Positions 1 through 14,200 of a stretch of DNA of 64,000 nt are shown piece by piece (positions within the stretch are counted from its first letter, which is position 1; the number at the start of each line of letters is the position of its first letter). A model generated the notes under the pieces. The model did no database searches. It was not told the DNA's origin and saw only the letters and a list, made by a program, of their open reading frames with translations. A program made the translations under genes and the position numbers. The stretch covers positions 74,712,001-74,776,000 of the forward strand of contig CM052817.1 in the NCBI GenBank assembly GCA_028534125.1, given 5' to 3'. The DNA is from Lama glama (taxonomy: Eukaryota).

Positions 1-1912
1 GTATTTTTTCTCCCCTTTTCTCACTGTGATATCATTTCCGTCCATAATCTGTGTATTGCTTATCAGATTTCCTGCCCAGGGAAAAATAACAGCATACTTT
101 TTATGTGACAAAGCACTTTTATATATTTGATTTCGTTTAATCTTCCCAGTGTCCCTGTGAAGTATTATCAGCCTTTTTAAAGATGGGAGAGCTGGGCCTC
201 AGAGAGAACAGGCAGCTAGCTTGCTGGAGATTGTGCAGCAAATCATGGAACTGGGGTTTAAACCAAATCCTTTGCCAGTTAACTCAGTGAAAACAATGGC
301 TGGTATGTTTCCATTCTTAATGGTAACTTTCGTTATTTCCAGTGGTATTTTTTGTTATCGTTTGTTTAATAAGTCATGGTTAACTCTCCTAGCAGTGGTC
401 AAAGACCACATTTGATGACTCGTGATGAAAATGTTCATAATTATCCTACCTAATGGGTCTTGCAGAATGAATATTTCAATTCTGTGCAGCCCACCTGAGC
501 CCTTTCAAATGGGAAGAGAGATCTATTGATGTTGATGTTGGGAATAAAAAAAGAGGTAACCCCCCCCCCCACCAATCATCTCTGTGTAGGATTCTCTCAC
601 AGCCCAGGCATCCTTTGCCTCGAATGGTTGGGGCTGACAAAGGATGCAGTGTTATTGGTTTCTCAGCCGCACTGGCCCCCTCTCAAGGCTTCTATTTTAT
701 GGGGAGAGAAAGGAGTAGGTTTGGGTCATAGGCTGCCGTCAGGACAGATCTGGTGCTAACCTCTGCGGCCCGGTCTGTCCCCAGGCCCCGGAGCTGTTAA
801 ACATTTCCCTCGGGGTCAGTCCAGATTCTGATGTCCTCAAAATGAAGCCTAGACAGGGTAGGGGTGGGCCTGCACCACCCAGCTCTTAATTAGATATTCT
901 TTCATTGGTTCTAGAGTGATTACCTTTTAAAAGTCTGCTTTTGCATTTCTGAAATTGGGATGTGTTTTACATTGGCTACGATTAACAAGGTGTTTCTGTT
1001 TGTTTTGGGTAGGAAGCTAAGTGTATCAAAAAGGAGTCACCCAAGTCACCCAATGATTATCTTTTCTGAAAGTCTCAAGATCCTGCTTTCCACTCTCCTT
1101 CTTTGAATATTTTCCCACTATCTTCTGTTTTCTCGACATTCATCATGTCAAAACATTACCTAAAGTTATTGAACGTTTTATACCCTGGGAGTGTTTGTTC
1201 CCCCAATCTAACGCTGGTACCCATCTTGGCTTCTGTTCCATCCCCATCTCCTGTCTCACAGAGTAGGGTGACTTCACCCTGCTCATCTTGAACGGTGCTA
1301 CCTGGAGGGAAGTGGGGAGGGGGTTAGAAAAGATACTTTCCGTGGTGCTTTATTCTTCCCACAACCAAGCCAAGGTATTTGGTGTATAATTACTCTAGCA
1401 AAAGAAATTCAGCAGTACAAGAAAACATATCATGTGTATGGGTCATGATAAAAAAAAAAAGGAAATATGTTAATATGTAGCATTTGATTATGATAAATAT
1501 ATTATCCATATTTCTTGATTATGCTAACTTTTTCCACAAAGGGCTTAAGACACTTTACTTACTTAAGTCTACAAGAAGATAAAATGATTATTCTTATTGT
1601 GAGGTTGTCTTTTGAGAAGCTACCTAGCAAAGTGTAGGTAAGTGTCTAAATTGGTTACTTTAATTGCACAGAAATGGAATTACTCATGGTCATATAGTGA
1701 GAGAAGTACCTGACTGTTGCTTCTTTCCTGCCTCATGTTTGATCCACTATGTGATGATTTTGCTGTTATTTACATTTTGGAAATGACAGAGTCCTTCCCC
1801 TAGACAATGAGCAGGAAAAACCCTAGATACAAGCTCTGGATTGGGGCCTGTGGCGATGTTTGAGTCTGGGAAGCTCTCTGCAGAGCCCAGACCTCCACGC
1901 TCTGCTCCTGCT

Positions 1913-1926
1913 GCGCCACCTAGTGG
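1913..1926 (-). promoter_or_regulatory. CTCF core motif (CCACTAGGTGGCGC)
   Basis: + strand gcgccacctagtgg, a near-perfect match to the CTCF core consensus. Confidence 0.7.
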
Positions 1927-2149
1927 AGCTTTGTGTGCAGCGCTGGCCAATTAGGTATAAAATGCTGACTGCATTTCTGAGCTCATGGGGTACGTGAAGT
2001 GACGTGTTTATTCTGTACATATATGCTCACATGTCCATAACGTACGTGAGTGTACTAGAAGTGGTCCTGCTAGTAAATGGCAGTTGATGTGTTAAAAAAA
2101 TCCTTAAATGAATGGTAATGATAAATCTAACACTGCAAATATTAAAATG

Positions 2150-3600
2150 TATTATAAAAGCACAATACATAAAACTCTTTGACACAGGCACAGGAATGAA
2201 TGGACAGACCAGTGGGACAGAGTAGAATTTAGGAATTACTGAGACGACAAATAAATGAGGACAAGATGAAATATTCAGTATTGCTGAGAAGGCTGACTGA
2301 TTAAAAATAAAGATGGATCCCGGTCTCATTCTTTCCCCCAAAAAATTCTGGATGAGGAAAGGTTAAAAATTAAAGAAATGAAATTATATAAAATTACTAA
2401 AGAAAAGTATGGATATTTAAAAGATAGTCTAAAAGTGGGAAAAGTTTGCTAAATAAGACAATAAACCTGGGGACCACTTAGCAAAAAAAGAAGTTGACAT
2501 AAAAATATGGAATACTTAAAGGTAAATACTACATTTAATTCTTAAGTTAAAATGAATTAAATGGTAATATGTTGACAGCATCTAATAGAGTGCTGTGTAG
2601 ACCATGGAGAGAATAAGAGGTGAAAACAGTTTGAATTTGTATTTCATTAACCATATGAAGTGAAACATCTTTCCGTGTTTATCCCATTTGCTTTCCGTCT
2701 GTGAAGTGGATGTTTTCCCAAGTGGTTTGTGTTCTTCCCCTCATTATGTTGTTTTAGACATTAGTCCATTATTATATGTGTTACAAGTACTCATGCATTG
2801 ATTTATCTTTCTTTGGTTTTAAATGTCTTTCATACTATAGATTTTGATTGTTCCCTGGTTATATCCATCAGTCTTTTCTATTTATGACCTCTGGGCTCTG
2901 TGACTGGCTCCGGAAGGTCTTCCCCACCCAGATGCAATAATATTAATTTTGTGGGTTTTCTTTAAGTATTTCATATATTTTAATTCATTTAACTTTTTAA
3001 TCTTTCTGTAATTTGTATTAGTGGAAGGACCTCTAACTCATTATTTTTTCCGAATTCGTGGCTGGATGTCCGCCGTTCTCTGCTGATAAACCCTGACTTC
3101 CTACCTGCCAGGCAGTCTCTCTGTCACTTCATTGCTCTCTCTTCCCCTGGTACTGAACACGTTCACTGTGATGGTTCTAGATTCTAAAGTACATTTTAGT
3201 ATCTTGAAGGATAAGCCCTCTCTCTGTTCTTTTTCAAAATTTTCTTGGCCTTTCTTATATATTTTCTTTTCTAGATGAATTTTAGATTCAGCTTTTCAAG
3301 TTCTGTGACAAAGAACAGTCCTTTTGGAATATAGGCTGAGGATGCATTGAACTTAATTTTGTAAAAAATTAGCATCTTCTTAACATCGATATTTCCTTTC
3401 CGGTGCATGTTACATCTCTCCGTGTGAACAGGTTTTCTTTTTTGTCCTTCAGCAAAATTTTCTTATTTTCTTTATGTGCATCTTACATATTTTGTTAGGT
3501 TTACTCTACTCTTAGATATGTATGATTTTTGTTGATATTGTGAGGTGTTTTGTTCTGTTTTGCTATTTTAGGCCAATTTTTAAAAATTGATATTTGCCCC
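2150..3600. mobile_element. Old, degraded L1 fragments (about 2150-2520 on +, about 2620-3600 on -)
   Basis: A-rich then T-rich blocks with L1 ORF2-end-like phrases, e.g. gacagaccagtgggacagagtaga and gaatttttagattcagcttttcaagttc. Confidence 0.6.
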
Positions 3601-6407
3601 AAGGATGGGAGATTCTAAAGTGCCTATATTTTTAGCTGTGGTAGGCTTCTAGAATTGGTTTTTGGTTTTCATTTTTTACATTAATCACATTTATTATGAA
3701 GGACGTTTTCCTTTGTGAAGAGTTGTTATTAAATCAATTTATACTTTATAATTGATAAGGTCTTGAATTCCAGAAAATACTGCATACTTGTGTAGAGTTG
3801 AGATGTTCCTGGCGTCCCAGTCCTTTGGAAAGCTAGACACATTTTCTTGAAATTCCAGTTCCAAAGTCTTCACCCTGAGTTGAGCAAATTCTAGATCCCT
3901 TCAGCCTCTGGCTCTTGCATCTTCTCACACCAGCTGAAGGTCACTTTCGCAGCCAAGCCCAAACCCAGCCCCTTCTGTGTTCCCACGAAACATCAGCCAC
4001 ACCAAACGTTCTGTGACTTTAGGCTGCGGGTTGGAGTCTGCGGGGAGGTGGCCCATCCAGGAGCAGCCAGGTGCCCCTCCCTCACTCCCTCTGCTCCAGA
4101 CTCTCACTTCCTTTCTTCTGCCTTCAGCTCAGGACATAGCAGTAGGAGTATCACCTAGGGCCTCACTCTCCCCTCCAAGCCAAGTGGAATATGATCCAAG
4201 ATGCTGAGTACTTTCCCTGAAGGCAACCATAATGAATAATCTTTTCTCTACTCCCTTCCATTTCAATAAAGACCTTATACTTGAGTATATTTGTGTTATG
4301 GTTAATGACTACAGTAGGAAAAAAGCTGGACAGATAGGTTTATGGATTTCATTTTATATCATGCAAAACAAAGAACAAACAACTGGAGAAGATTTTATAC
4401 TAGCTGTGCATAAAGTCAGTTGAAGCCCAAAGACCTTTTAAGTCCCTGGGAAACAAAATTTAAATAATGTTATTCCCCTATGGCTTTGTATTTCTGAATG
4501 TAAACGTTTTGTAAATGGCATTGACCCTGAAAGTTTTATCTTTAGAGAATTGAATAATAGGTGATAAATTATTTGAAAACAAACCATAGGGAGAAAATAC
4601 CATATGTATTCAAATCATTCTACTCTGCAGCATTTATATCTGTGTTAAGTAGGTCTGGCTTAAGACTATATAGGAAAGGGAAATTCTCAGTTTGTTTTGT
4701 TTCTTTGAATCCACAGCTTACACTGTTAAATTTTCAGCACATGTGATATTCTTGGTAAATGTAGTAGAAAATGTAGTTAGAAGCTTTAATCCATAGTTGA
4801 TGTATTCTCTATGTCTTATCTATATTCATTAATAGAGTTTCCTGGAAAAGTAAGTGTTTTGATAACAATAAATGATTATAGCCTGTTTTACTCACTCAGT
4901 AGCCAGAAGGGTGCCCCTCCTTTCCATCTTGGTCTTCTAACAACACTGTTCACTAATTCACTGGGGGCATAAAATGTGGTCCCCTTCTCCCTGCTAAGAA
5001 TAAATGTGATAGAGCCAGTTAACGCAGATCTCATTAAGTGATAAAAGGAAAAGTAAAGGGGAAAGAAGCAAAGAAAAGAAAGGCAGAGAGAGGCCTAACG
5101 TTCCATATTAAAAAATACTCAGCACTGAGCTACGCGGTGAGGCCGTTGTGATGGTACTTCTTACTGAGCAGTTACCTTCCAGCTGCAAATCAGATTAAGC
5201 CAGAAAGTGGTGTGAAATTAAGAGAGCGCGGGTGACAGTCATCGCAATAACTTCTTCCTCCTGAACGAGAGAGCTGCAGGGTCTGAGATGTCACCCTGGC
5301 AGCTCACTCTGCGCTTTCTGAATACAAAGTGGGTCTGTCCCCTTTTTCGCGACTACATCATGGCATAGGTGTTGCCGACAGACAGCATGTTTGTTTTCCT
5401 TACGTGGAATTATGAGTTCTTCAAAGTGCTGTGGCTTTATTAATTTTCATATGGGAAACTGCAGCTCAGTGTCTCTGACAAAGACTTATTCAAAGGGACA
5501 ACTTACCGTAGAAAGAAGCTCATGCCTGTAGAATAAAATAAAGCAAGGGTGGTATCCCTTCTAACAAACTGCTTTCACTTTCAGTAAAGTGCACCAGACT
5601 GGCAGAGATGTGTTAACGTGTCTTCCTGTGAAACGAATAATTCCTGCAAGTTGAGGGTGGTCCCCGCTTAACATCAGATCTGCTGTGGCCCTGCGCCTGT
5701 CCGCTGTAGGTGGATGTGTTTGAGAACTTAGCGTTTTCCCACACAGTGAGGGAAAGCGACTGCTCAGGGACTTCCAGAACCCTGGATGCCTGACTGTAGA
5801 GCGTGTATGATTTCTATTCTGTGAGAGTTGAAGAAATAATTAGAGAAATAGTGAAACTTGTTAGGCCTCTGGATCTTTGGAACTGTTAGTTACTTTCTTC
5901 TCTTCCTTAGTCGTATAATACAGTGCGCTCTTCAGAGATGAAAATTATCAAGCTTAGACTAAGATAAAATCAGCCTCTCCTAAAATAAAAATCTCCCTGG
6001 GTGGGTGTATCGGGGGGGTGGTAGTTAATTACTTTGTCATCTGTCGAGTCTACATCTTTTACTTATATCCTCATACAGATTTATCTCTGACCATGTTTTA
6101 AAACATCAATTTCAGTTTTTTTCTTATGTCTGAGATATTAGGCCATTAGCTACTGGTTTTTTTTGTTGTTGTTGTTATTCACTGTTCTTGCCAAATTAAC
6201 TATCTGCCCATCCTTATTTTAGTTAGCATTGTCAGATGAAATATTTTAAAGGACAGCATTTATTTAAAGGAAAATAGTATGTCTTCTTCACTTTCCGATT
6301 GTTTAAGAAAATTATCTGAAAGCTTTTTAAAAACTGGGCTGTTGATAACACTGATTATGAACTATATTATTCTTCTGTAAAAGTAACTGCTGCATTTTGA
6401 TTTATAG

Positions 6408-6550
6408 GATCTCCAAAGGTGGGTAAATGGTGCTAATGAACATGGCTTTGTCCTGGTATCTTTCGGAGCTGGTGTCAAGTATCTGTCAGACGATATCGCT
6501 AACAAACTGGCCGGAGCTCTGGGAAGATTGCCCCAAAAAGTGATTTGGAG
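6408..6550 (+). CDS. UGT8: UGT8 internal coding exon (143 bp)
   Basis: tttatag acceptor and AG|gtaagg donor; translates DLQRWVNGANEHGFVLVSFGAGVKYLSDDIANKLAGALGRLPQKVIWR, a UGT segment I recognise as UGT8; phase 0 to 2. Confidence 0.97.
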
Positions 6551-7199
6551 GTAAGGCAATAATGTAGGTTATTTCTTCTCTGTGGATTTTCAGTATCCTC
6601 TTGCTTAACCCACGGGTCTGAGTAGGGCCCAGCACATTGTTGATTCCTCAGCAAGGTTAGTAGGATGCCCCTGACTTTTCACTTTGTTTCCTAGTGTATT
6701 GACATCTAGGGACTTATTTATAATATTGTGTAATGATAAAGAGACGTCTAGCCCATAGCATAGAAAGCAGATACGATGCACAATGATTTATCCTTGTGAC
6801 AGGTGCACTTTTATGTTACCCTCATTTACCCTTCTCTTATTAATTATCATTTTTAAAATGTGTAATTGCATGCCTTTCTATATACTCCTTCAAATGAGTC
6901 AGTGTTGGAATGAGGTAGGAAACGATGGGTGAATGACTTAGTAGATAAAATATTTTGTGGAAACTTTTGGGCTTCCTTTTCGTTTATAAATGCTTTCGAT
7001 TTCTTTTATCCAAGAGACCACACCTTTAAAAACACAGTAACTTGCCAGTTAATGCCAACTGAAACAGACCCATGTGATTACCCCAGCTTCCTTTGGGAGG
7101 CGCTGCCAACATGTGTCTGTCTCTGGAATTTCTAACCCCATGTGTGAAAATCGAACCTGAACTCTTATTTAGTGTGTGTTTATTTAGTACCTGCCCCCA

Positions 7200-7213
7200 C
7201 CACTAGGGGGAGC
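7200..7213 (+). promoter_or_regulatory. CTCF core motif (CCACTAGGGGGAGC)
   Basis: Direct match to the CTCF core consensus. Confidence 0.65.
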
Positions 7214-8018
7214 GCTTTATGGGTACAGCGGTGAGCAATGTTGGCACCACCGTCTCAAGACACACAAGTAGTAATCAGGGTTTTCCTTTGTAACAGCTGT
7301 GTGAGGATTAGCTCCTGCTGCTCCTGGCTGAGCTCTGAAATGGATACATATTTTATTCCAACCTTTCAAGCCTTCTCCCTTTGAATTCCAGCCCTATTGG
7401 ATTTCCTCCACTAGGCTTAGCCCAAAACCTGCTTTATTTAGGACAGTTTGTATCTGCTCATTTGAAATTCTTGCCATGTTCCCAGTTGTTAAGCACCTTT
7501 ATGGTTTATCTCTCAAAGATCAAGGCAGGAAACAGCCTAATTAAGTCCTTTGCCCCCCAGAGCTATCTCCGGGGCCACGCTGGGGAAGGGTACTTGCTGC
7601 TTTCTTTCCATTTTCACACCTCCCCTCGGGCTCTCAGTGTCAAGAACCTGAGCTATTGACCACCCAAGGGTGGTTCTCCCTGGTCCTTCCAGTTTCACCT
7701 TCTGGGTTCTGGTGGAAAATGATTTTCTAGCATAGGTTTATTGAGTTGCTTTCCCTCCATGTCTGTGCATAGGTGAGAAGGGCTGAAGGAAAATAGGTCT
7801 CAATTTAAGCAAAGCATTTCTTATTTAGCCCTCAATGAATGAAAATTTGAAAAAGAAGCTTAAATTTTTATTGTTACTAAAGCATGGTTTCCTTCTTAAA
7901 CAATAGCGACAAAAGATCATGTAACATTTATTTTAAATCTAAAAATTTAACCAGAGAGCCCATACCAGGAGTAATGTTTGATTTTTGGAAGATTTCATTG
8001 TCTGGTACACATTTTCAG

Positions 8019-8095
8019 GTTTTCTGGAACCAAGCCCAAGAATCTGGGAAACAACACCAAGCTCATAGAGTGGTTACCGCAAAATGACCTGCTTG
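8019..8095 (+). CDS. UGT8: UGT8 internal coding exon (77 bp)
   Basis: ttttcag acceptor and G|gtaagt donor; [26 protein letters not shown] contains the start of the UGT signature (WLPQNDLLG); phase 2 to 1. Confidence 0.97.
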
Positions 8096-9673
8096 GTAAG
8101 TCATGACGTGTGGGTGCCTACTGGGCTTTTAGATTTTAATTGTGTGAATGTGAGTTTTATACTTGAGTGGCTTGTACAGTTTGTGTGTAGTTTATGATCG
8201 AGTCATTCTGTCATCTAGCATCTTAAGTCCTAATTTCAGACCCACAAGTCAGATCTTTAGTCATTGGAGAATAATTTTAAAGTATAACTATTTGGGCCTA
8301 TAAATTAAAATTTTTACATGAGTCACAAATTTACATTTTCTGAAAAATATGCTGAACACTATATAAATTAGTGGTGTGTAAAGTTATACCTAGTTAGGCT
8401 GATCAGCTAAAAGTCCTAAAATTAAAACAGTGAAAATTTAGATTTGTATTATAGTTTTATCACAGATGTATCTGAGAACCCAGGGAAATGTGAAGTTATT
8501 CATTTGTTTGAAACCACAGAGAAGCAGAAAGCCAAAGAAATAGTCAATTTTTTTAACTTTATTTGGATTATCTGCCTTGATTTCCTCTTAAATCACTGGA
8601 CTTTTTTAATATTTTATTTCTTTTGATTTATTTATTTATTGGAGTTCTGATCCTCAACTCAAAATTAAAATACCAATTATGTGCATATCTTTTTTGAATT
8701 ATTTGAATCAAAATAATTCTCTTTTATAAGCACAGATAGTATTATTAAATTTCTAGGAAAACATAATGCCATATTGTCCTTTAACATATTACTTATTAAG
8801 GAAATTATAAAAATATTATTGATTTTGGCAATCTTGACCATCATTTATTTGTTCAATAATTCTAGTCTAACAGATTATGTAAAAGCAGCTTTAAATTATG
8901 TTCCTAAAAATAGACTCTTGAGAAGTATCTTTTAGAAGCTCAGTTGACCCCCTAAAAACCTGCAAGTTAAATTTGTAACTAAAAAACAGTAAGAAATTAT
9001 ATATATAAAATTCCTATTCATCTACTTTATTATAAATATTATTCTATAAATGGTAAAACTGAGAAAAAAATAAGACAATTTACCTTTTTTGGTAATTGTA
9101 TTTTATTCCTTTTTGTCTTTGCTATTATGACTTCAGATTCCATAGAAGGTAGGAAAGAAGCAGATAAGAGATCTTGGTCATCAGCCATCTCAGGGCAGCC
9201 CTGGGACACAGCTGTCTGGGAACACTCAGCCTGGTCTCAAGGCTTTTCTTCCGTGAGGCTCTACAGGAGGATGTAGCTACACCCAGAGGCCCTTCTCAAG
9301 TTCACATCTCCTCTGGGTTCCTCAGACTCCCAGCTCTCTGCCTTCTCTGAGATTAGCATCCTTTTTAACTCTAGCCATGACCTTGGTGGGTCCTCTGTTG
9401 ATGTCTAGCTATGGTACAAGATTCCTCCAGGATGAGAGGCAGGAACCCAATCAGGGTCTTCCCCCCTCCACACACGCACCTCCCCCTGCTCTCCATGCGT
9501 CAGCTCCGCTTTATTTTTCATGGCTGGGCTTGGTGGCGGTAAGGTTTTGTTCAAAGAAAAAGGGTTCTGCTGCTGAAAAGAAAGCTTGAAATCCACCGCG
9601 AGGGCAGATCCCTTCAGTGCACTGAGTTAAGAAGCCACTTGTGGGTCAGGGTGAGAGACACTGAGTGACCAGC

Positions 9674-9687
9674 CCACTAGATGTCAG
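9674..9687 (+). promoter_or_regulatory. CTCF core motif (CCACTAGATGTCAG)
   Basis: Match to the CTCF core consensus variant CCACTAGATGKCAG. Confidence 0.55.
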
Positions 9688-10597
9688 AGTGCGAGAGTCC
9701 TGGAGCCCCACCGAGACCCAGGGTCACACACACAGTTCCCGTTTCACTTGAAGTGCGTTTATTTGAAATATTTGTGTTTTTGCAAGCTGTAGTTCCTTCC
9801 TGGCCATGGAAATACCCTTCCTGAGTGCAGTGTTTCTTTGTCTTACACCTCTTGTGCAAGTCTTTCTGGTCACAAGGAGATCTGGACTTTTAAATACCTC
9901 ATTAATTTTGAGAAATTATCTATTTTATCCCCATGACAATTGGATGCTATACGATGTCCCATCTCTTATAACTGATTTTTATAACTGTCTGTCCCCACTT
10001 ACATGTATACCTAAAATGTAAAATTGGACCCTAAGATTGTGAAGCCCAGGTGTGACGTGACTTGAATGGTGTGAATGCTGAGTGCTATGTGTGTGTTCTC
10101 CTCGGATGAGCACGGAAACTCTTCACAGACATCTGGAATCCAGCCCCACATTTTACATATATTTTTTACATAGATAAATGCTTGAAGAACCAGAATGTGG
10201 GTGTCTGTGTTTAATAGAATGTGGTTGCACCCTGGTATTTTTTGTTGTTTCTTGCTTTCATTGACATCTTATTGATTACTGACCATTTGAATGCAGTGGA
10301 CATTTTAAATACCAGTTGATACTTGTGTTTTGAGAGAAGGTTGTAATATACTTCTTAAAGCTGTAAATGTTCACTGCTTAAAAAAGGCTTTTAATTGATA
10401 CATACAAATCAGATAATTATATATATAACAAGCATTGTAATTGATATAGAGCAGGAATCAGTGAAATTGTCCTTTAAAAATCCTATATCTGAAATGCATG
10501 TTTATTATAACGTCAACATCTAAGAAATTTCTGGAACATCTCTTCCTAGAGTAATATGCAATATTGTAAGTTGTTTTCTTCTTTAATGCTTCTTTAG

Positions 10598-10817
10598 GCC
10601 ATTCAAATATTAAAGCCTTCCTGAGCCATGGTGGTTTGAATAGTATTTTTGAAACTATGTATCACGGTGTACCTGTAGTGGGAATCCCACTCTTCGGAGA
10701 CCATTATGATACTATGACCCGGGTACAGGCAAAGGGCATGGGGATACTGCTGGAGTGGAAGACGGTGACTGAAGGAGAGCTGTACGAAGCACTAGTGCAA
10801 GTTATCAATAACCCCAG
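10598..10817 (+). CDS. UGT8: UGT8 internal coding exon (220 bp)
   Basis: tctttag acceptor and AG|gtgagg donor; HSNIKAFLSHGGLNSIFETMYHGVPVVGIPLFGDHYDTMTRVQAKGMG..., the UDP-sugar-binding signature; phase 1 to 2. Confidence 0.98.
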
Positions 10818-11059
10818 GTGAGGTTTCAACTCATATTAAAGCAGGTGAATCTGTCTACCACAGCATTTGTCAATAGCTGATTATTGCCAATAGGTTGTCA
10901 GTAAACCAATTGTAGAAATATCCTTTAGGTTCCTGTGTATAATGCCTTGTGCATGTTTCTGTCATTTGAAAAATTAAAAAAGCAATCATTTAGCCAGACT
11001 TTGAATGATATTCTACCAAGATTTACCAAAGGAAAGGAGGAAGCTACCATGGGGGCCCT

Positions 11060-11255
11060 ACAGTGTGTCAAATTTTGTGTTTATCTCATTTTAATCCTCA
11101 GAAACTCTAGATCACCCTTTTCCTTTTTCATATTATGGAGATGAAGCATTTGAAGCTCAGAGTGCTTAAATAAGTTGCCCATGGTTGCACAGCTGTTGGA
11201 GTAGGAATTTGAGCCAGGACTGTCTGACTCCAAAGCCGGTGCTCTTTAACCACCT
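11060..11255 (-). mobile_element. MIR SINE
   Basis: tctcattttaatcctca...gctcagagtgcttaaataagttgccca...gagccaggactgtctgactccaaagcc matches the MIR core in antisense. Confidence 0.8.
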
Positions 11256-14200
11256 GGTGCTGGGTCTCCCTAGCACAGGGTGTCCCTGAAACTCAGGTGC
11301 ATAACTAATTAGAATCTTTATTTTATTTTATGTCTTAAATTCTTGATGTGTCTTGAGTTAACACCATTCACAACTGAGCCTCAAAGGGTAGAGAGTTGGC
11401 CTGTGTAGTTTTACAACAAAGCAGCAGTTTTCCCATTTTTATGTGACATTTAATTGATCTTACATTTCAAATGATGTTAAGGTCTGGAAGAGTGTGAGCT
11501 TTTCCTGTTGAGGCACGGATATAATCCACTGGATTGAGAAACACTGCCAAGTCTAAGAAACAACCAACAATAAGAAAAATTCTTTCATGTAAAACGATGT
11601 AGTTTTTATACCAAAGGCTGGATGCGAGCACACTGCGGTTCATTATGCTGCCCTGGGTGGGCTCAGAGGCAGCCTTCATGAGTTGATGACCCCTTAAAGG
11701 ATCCAGCATCTGGGTCACAACTCCTGGTGCCTGGGGCTGTGTGTCCTGTGATCTGAGGTGCCTGAGTTTGGGATCATTTCATCTGTGTTCCTTAGCTTTT
11801 CTTTTAAAAGTCTAGTGTTTTTCAAATCATGATGTTCATATGGAAAATGATGTATATCATACAGGCTTTCTTAGAAAGATTTGTAAAATGCCGCCCTCAA
11901 GAAGAGTTTGTAGGGGGTAGTGGCAGAGCTGCTGAGATCGGGTCTGTCATACAGAAAAAGCAAAAGGCTGGATTATCAACACGAAATGAGTCTGGCTGTG
12001 TTCTCTGAGGCATAAGAGGGGCCAAATCAGAGACCAGGCTACGGTCTTGGGTCACACTGCAATTAAACCTCAGCTCTGCAATCTTTAAGTGTATCTAAGT
12101 GCTTGATTTCAAAATAGTTTTTATTTTGTGCAGTGAATAAATTTATGTCCTTCCGCAAAGTATGCAGATGAGATAAATAAGAGACTTGCATATAACCCTT
12201 GAAAAGTTTAAATATTTAACTGAAGACTTTTGTACGTTCAGGGTAGAAAGATGTCTTAGTCACTATAAAAATGACAATAATCTGTGTAGGGTGTTCTTTG
12301 CTAAAAGTAATTATATGTAAACTGAAGTCATTTATCTTTATTTGTTTCAAATATATGACAATGTTCCACATTTAACATGCAGTAATTATTGAAAAGGCTG
12401 ATTTGATTCATTAAAATTGTATCCAGGCTATTGTAGTGCAAACGAGTAACCAATATTGTTAAAAGATTATTACTTTTTTTTTTAACTTATAACTTAAACC
12501 ACATCTTCTTCCCTTACTTGTTGTTTGGATTTATCTAATAACAAGCTATTGCTTTTGTTCTTTAAAAGGAATTCTTTTGAATCTGGAGATTTTATTAAAG
12601 CAAGTTGTAGAGAAAGATAGGTAGTTAATTCTTACGAACTTAGCACATACCCAGCCTGTGCCTGTTAACTTTTAACAGGAGACATTTGGTCTTTTGTAAA
12701 ATACAATGTGCAAGTCACGAAGTCCCTTACAAGATAATTTTGTTTTTTATTAAAGGGAGTTTTATCTAAGACATTGAAAGGAATAGTTTAGAAGTAGCCT
12801 AAGTGACCAGTTTAATCACACTGTTCTTTTCCCCCTACAATCTTCACATTCCTACTGGAAGAAATTTTGAATTGTAAAGTGAACTAGCTGAAAGGACAGT
12901 GCCACTTACCATTAAATTTAAGAACACTTCTCGCATGGACACTACCTCCTCCCCTTCAGACTGACTGGTCAGTGAAATCCCCGATATTCCTTCCCAGTTG
13001 ATCCAATGGACTTGCTACTTCTGAAAGGAAGAGTCTTAGAAGACTGGGTTGATGAGTAAAGACCCAGCTTTGCAGGTCCACTCCCAGGTAAGGGTTTAAG
13101 GGTCTGACTGGCGAGTCCTCACTCTGTGCTCACGGAGGCTGAGGCAGGGGAGGACTGGTCCCGGATCAGTGTGCCTGTTGGAGTTTCATAGAAGGCACTG
13201 GATTTTTCAGCAGTGCCAGAAGTCAGAGGCCCCACAGAGGAATCCTTGTCATGTGCAATCTGTGTATCATCTCTAAAGAATGGGTCATTTTCTCAGTGAC
13301 ATTAGGGTGCCTGAGATTTTTTTTTATCCTCCTGCTTTGTTAATATAGAAAGTTGACTTTAATTTTCTAAGATACCATGTTTCATTTCTGTATTTTAAAG
13401 ATGCCCTTGTACCCTGTGAGAATTTTCCCACAAAGCAGAGTACTCAGAAGTTTCTAATTTACCTTTTGCCATCAGTTAGAAATAATGATAGGTTACAGAG
13501 CAAGGTGAGGATGGCCTCTTAATAGCTGGGTGAGATTTTACACTTTTAACACCGCTGGGTTTATTGTAGAACAGTCATTTTGTTGTGAGGCTGTGCTGAT
13601 AGAGAAAATGTACTTTTTCTTTTTAATTTCTTATGTAATTATTAAAAAATATAAGAAAACAATTTTAAGATAACAGTAGTTAACCAACATTTTCCAGTGT
13701 TCTGTAGTTTTCTTACGAACTTTTCAATTCATGGTAGACAATATGACTTAGCAGAAAGATCATGGACTCTGGGGGTCAGAACATTATGGCTGACATTTTA
13801 GCTGTGTCACTTAGCAAATGTATGACATGGTCCTAACCATTTCAGCTCTTTCCTAATCTGCAGTATGAGGCTAATAATATTCCTCTCTTTTTCTCAATCT
13901 ACATGACTCTATAGAAAGAAAACTATAAGTAATAGCCTTGACTTGCTTTTTCTCTCAGTCCCAGCAAGACCCTACTGGTTTTTTTTTTCTTTTTTGTTTT
14001 GCTTCTCAAATTTGTTCTTTTCACATTTGTTAAAGTTTAATGGTTAGGGCTAGAGCTAAGTCATAACCTCAAGAAGGTTATCCAGTCAGTACATAAGTGT
14101 TTATATTCATCAATAATTATGAATAGCATATGCAGTTAACTCATAGCTTTTTCATTAGGCACTAATGGTCCCATAGTTCCAGCCTCACATTTCTAGCTGC

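Noticed and set aside
6362..6559. Minus-strand ORF over a UGT8 exon (also 15660-15848 and the shifted + frame at 15448-15726)
   Set aside because: Shadow frames of real UGT8 coding exons
6940..6954. agtagataaaatatt resembles the 5' arm of human miR-577 as I recall it (a miRNA hosted in a UGT8 intron)
   Set aside because: The match is only about 15 AT-rich nucleotides, there is no convincing complementary arm, and I recall the human miRNA lying in the preceding intron; it cannot be supported without an alignment
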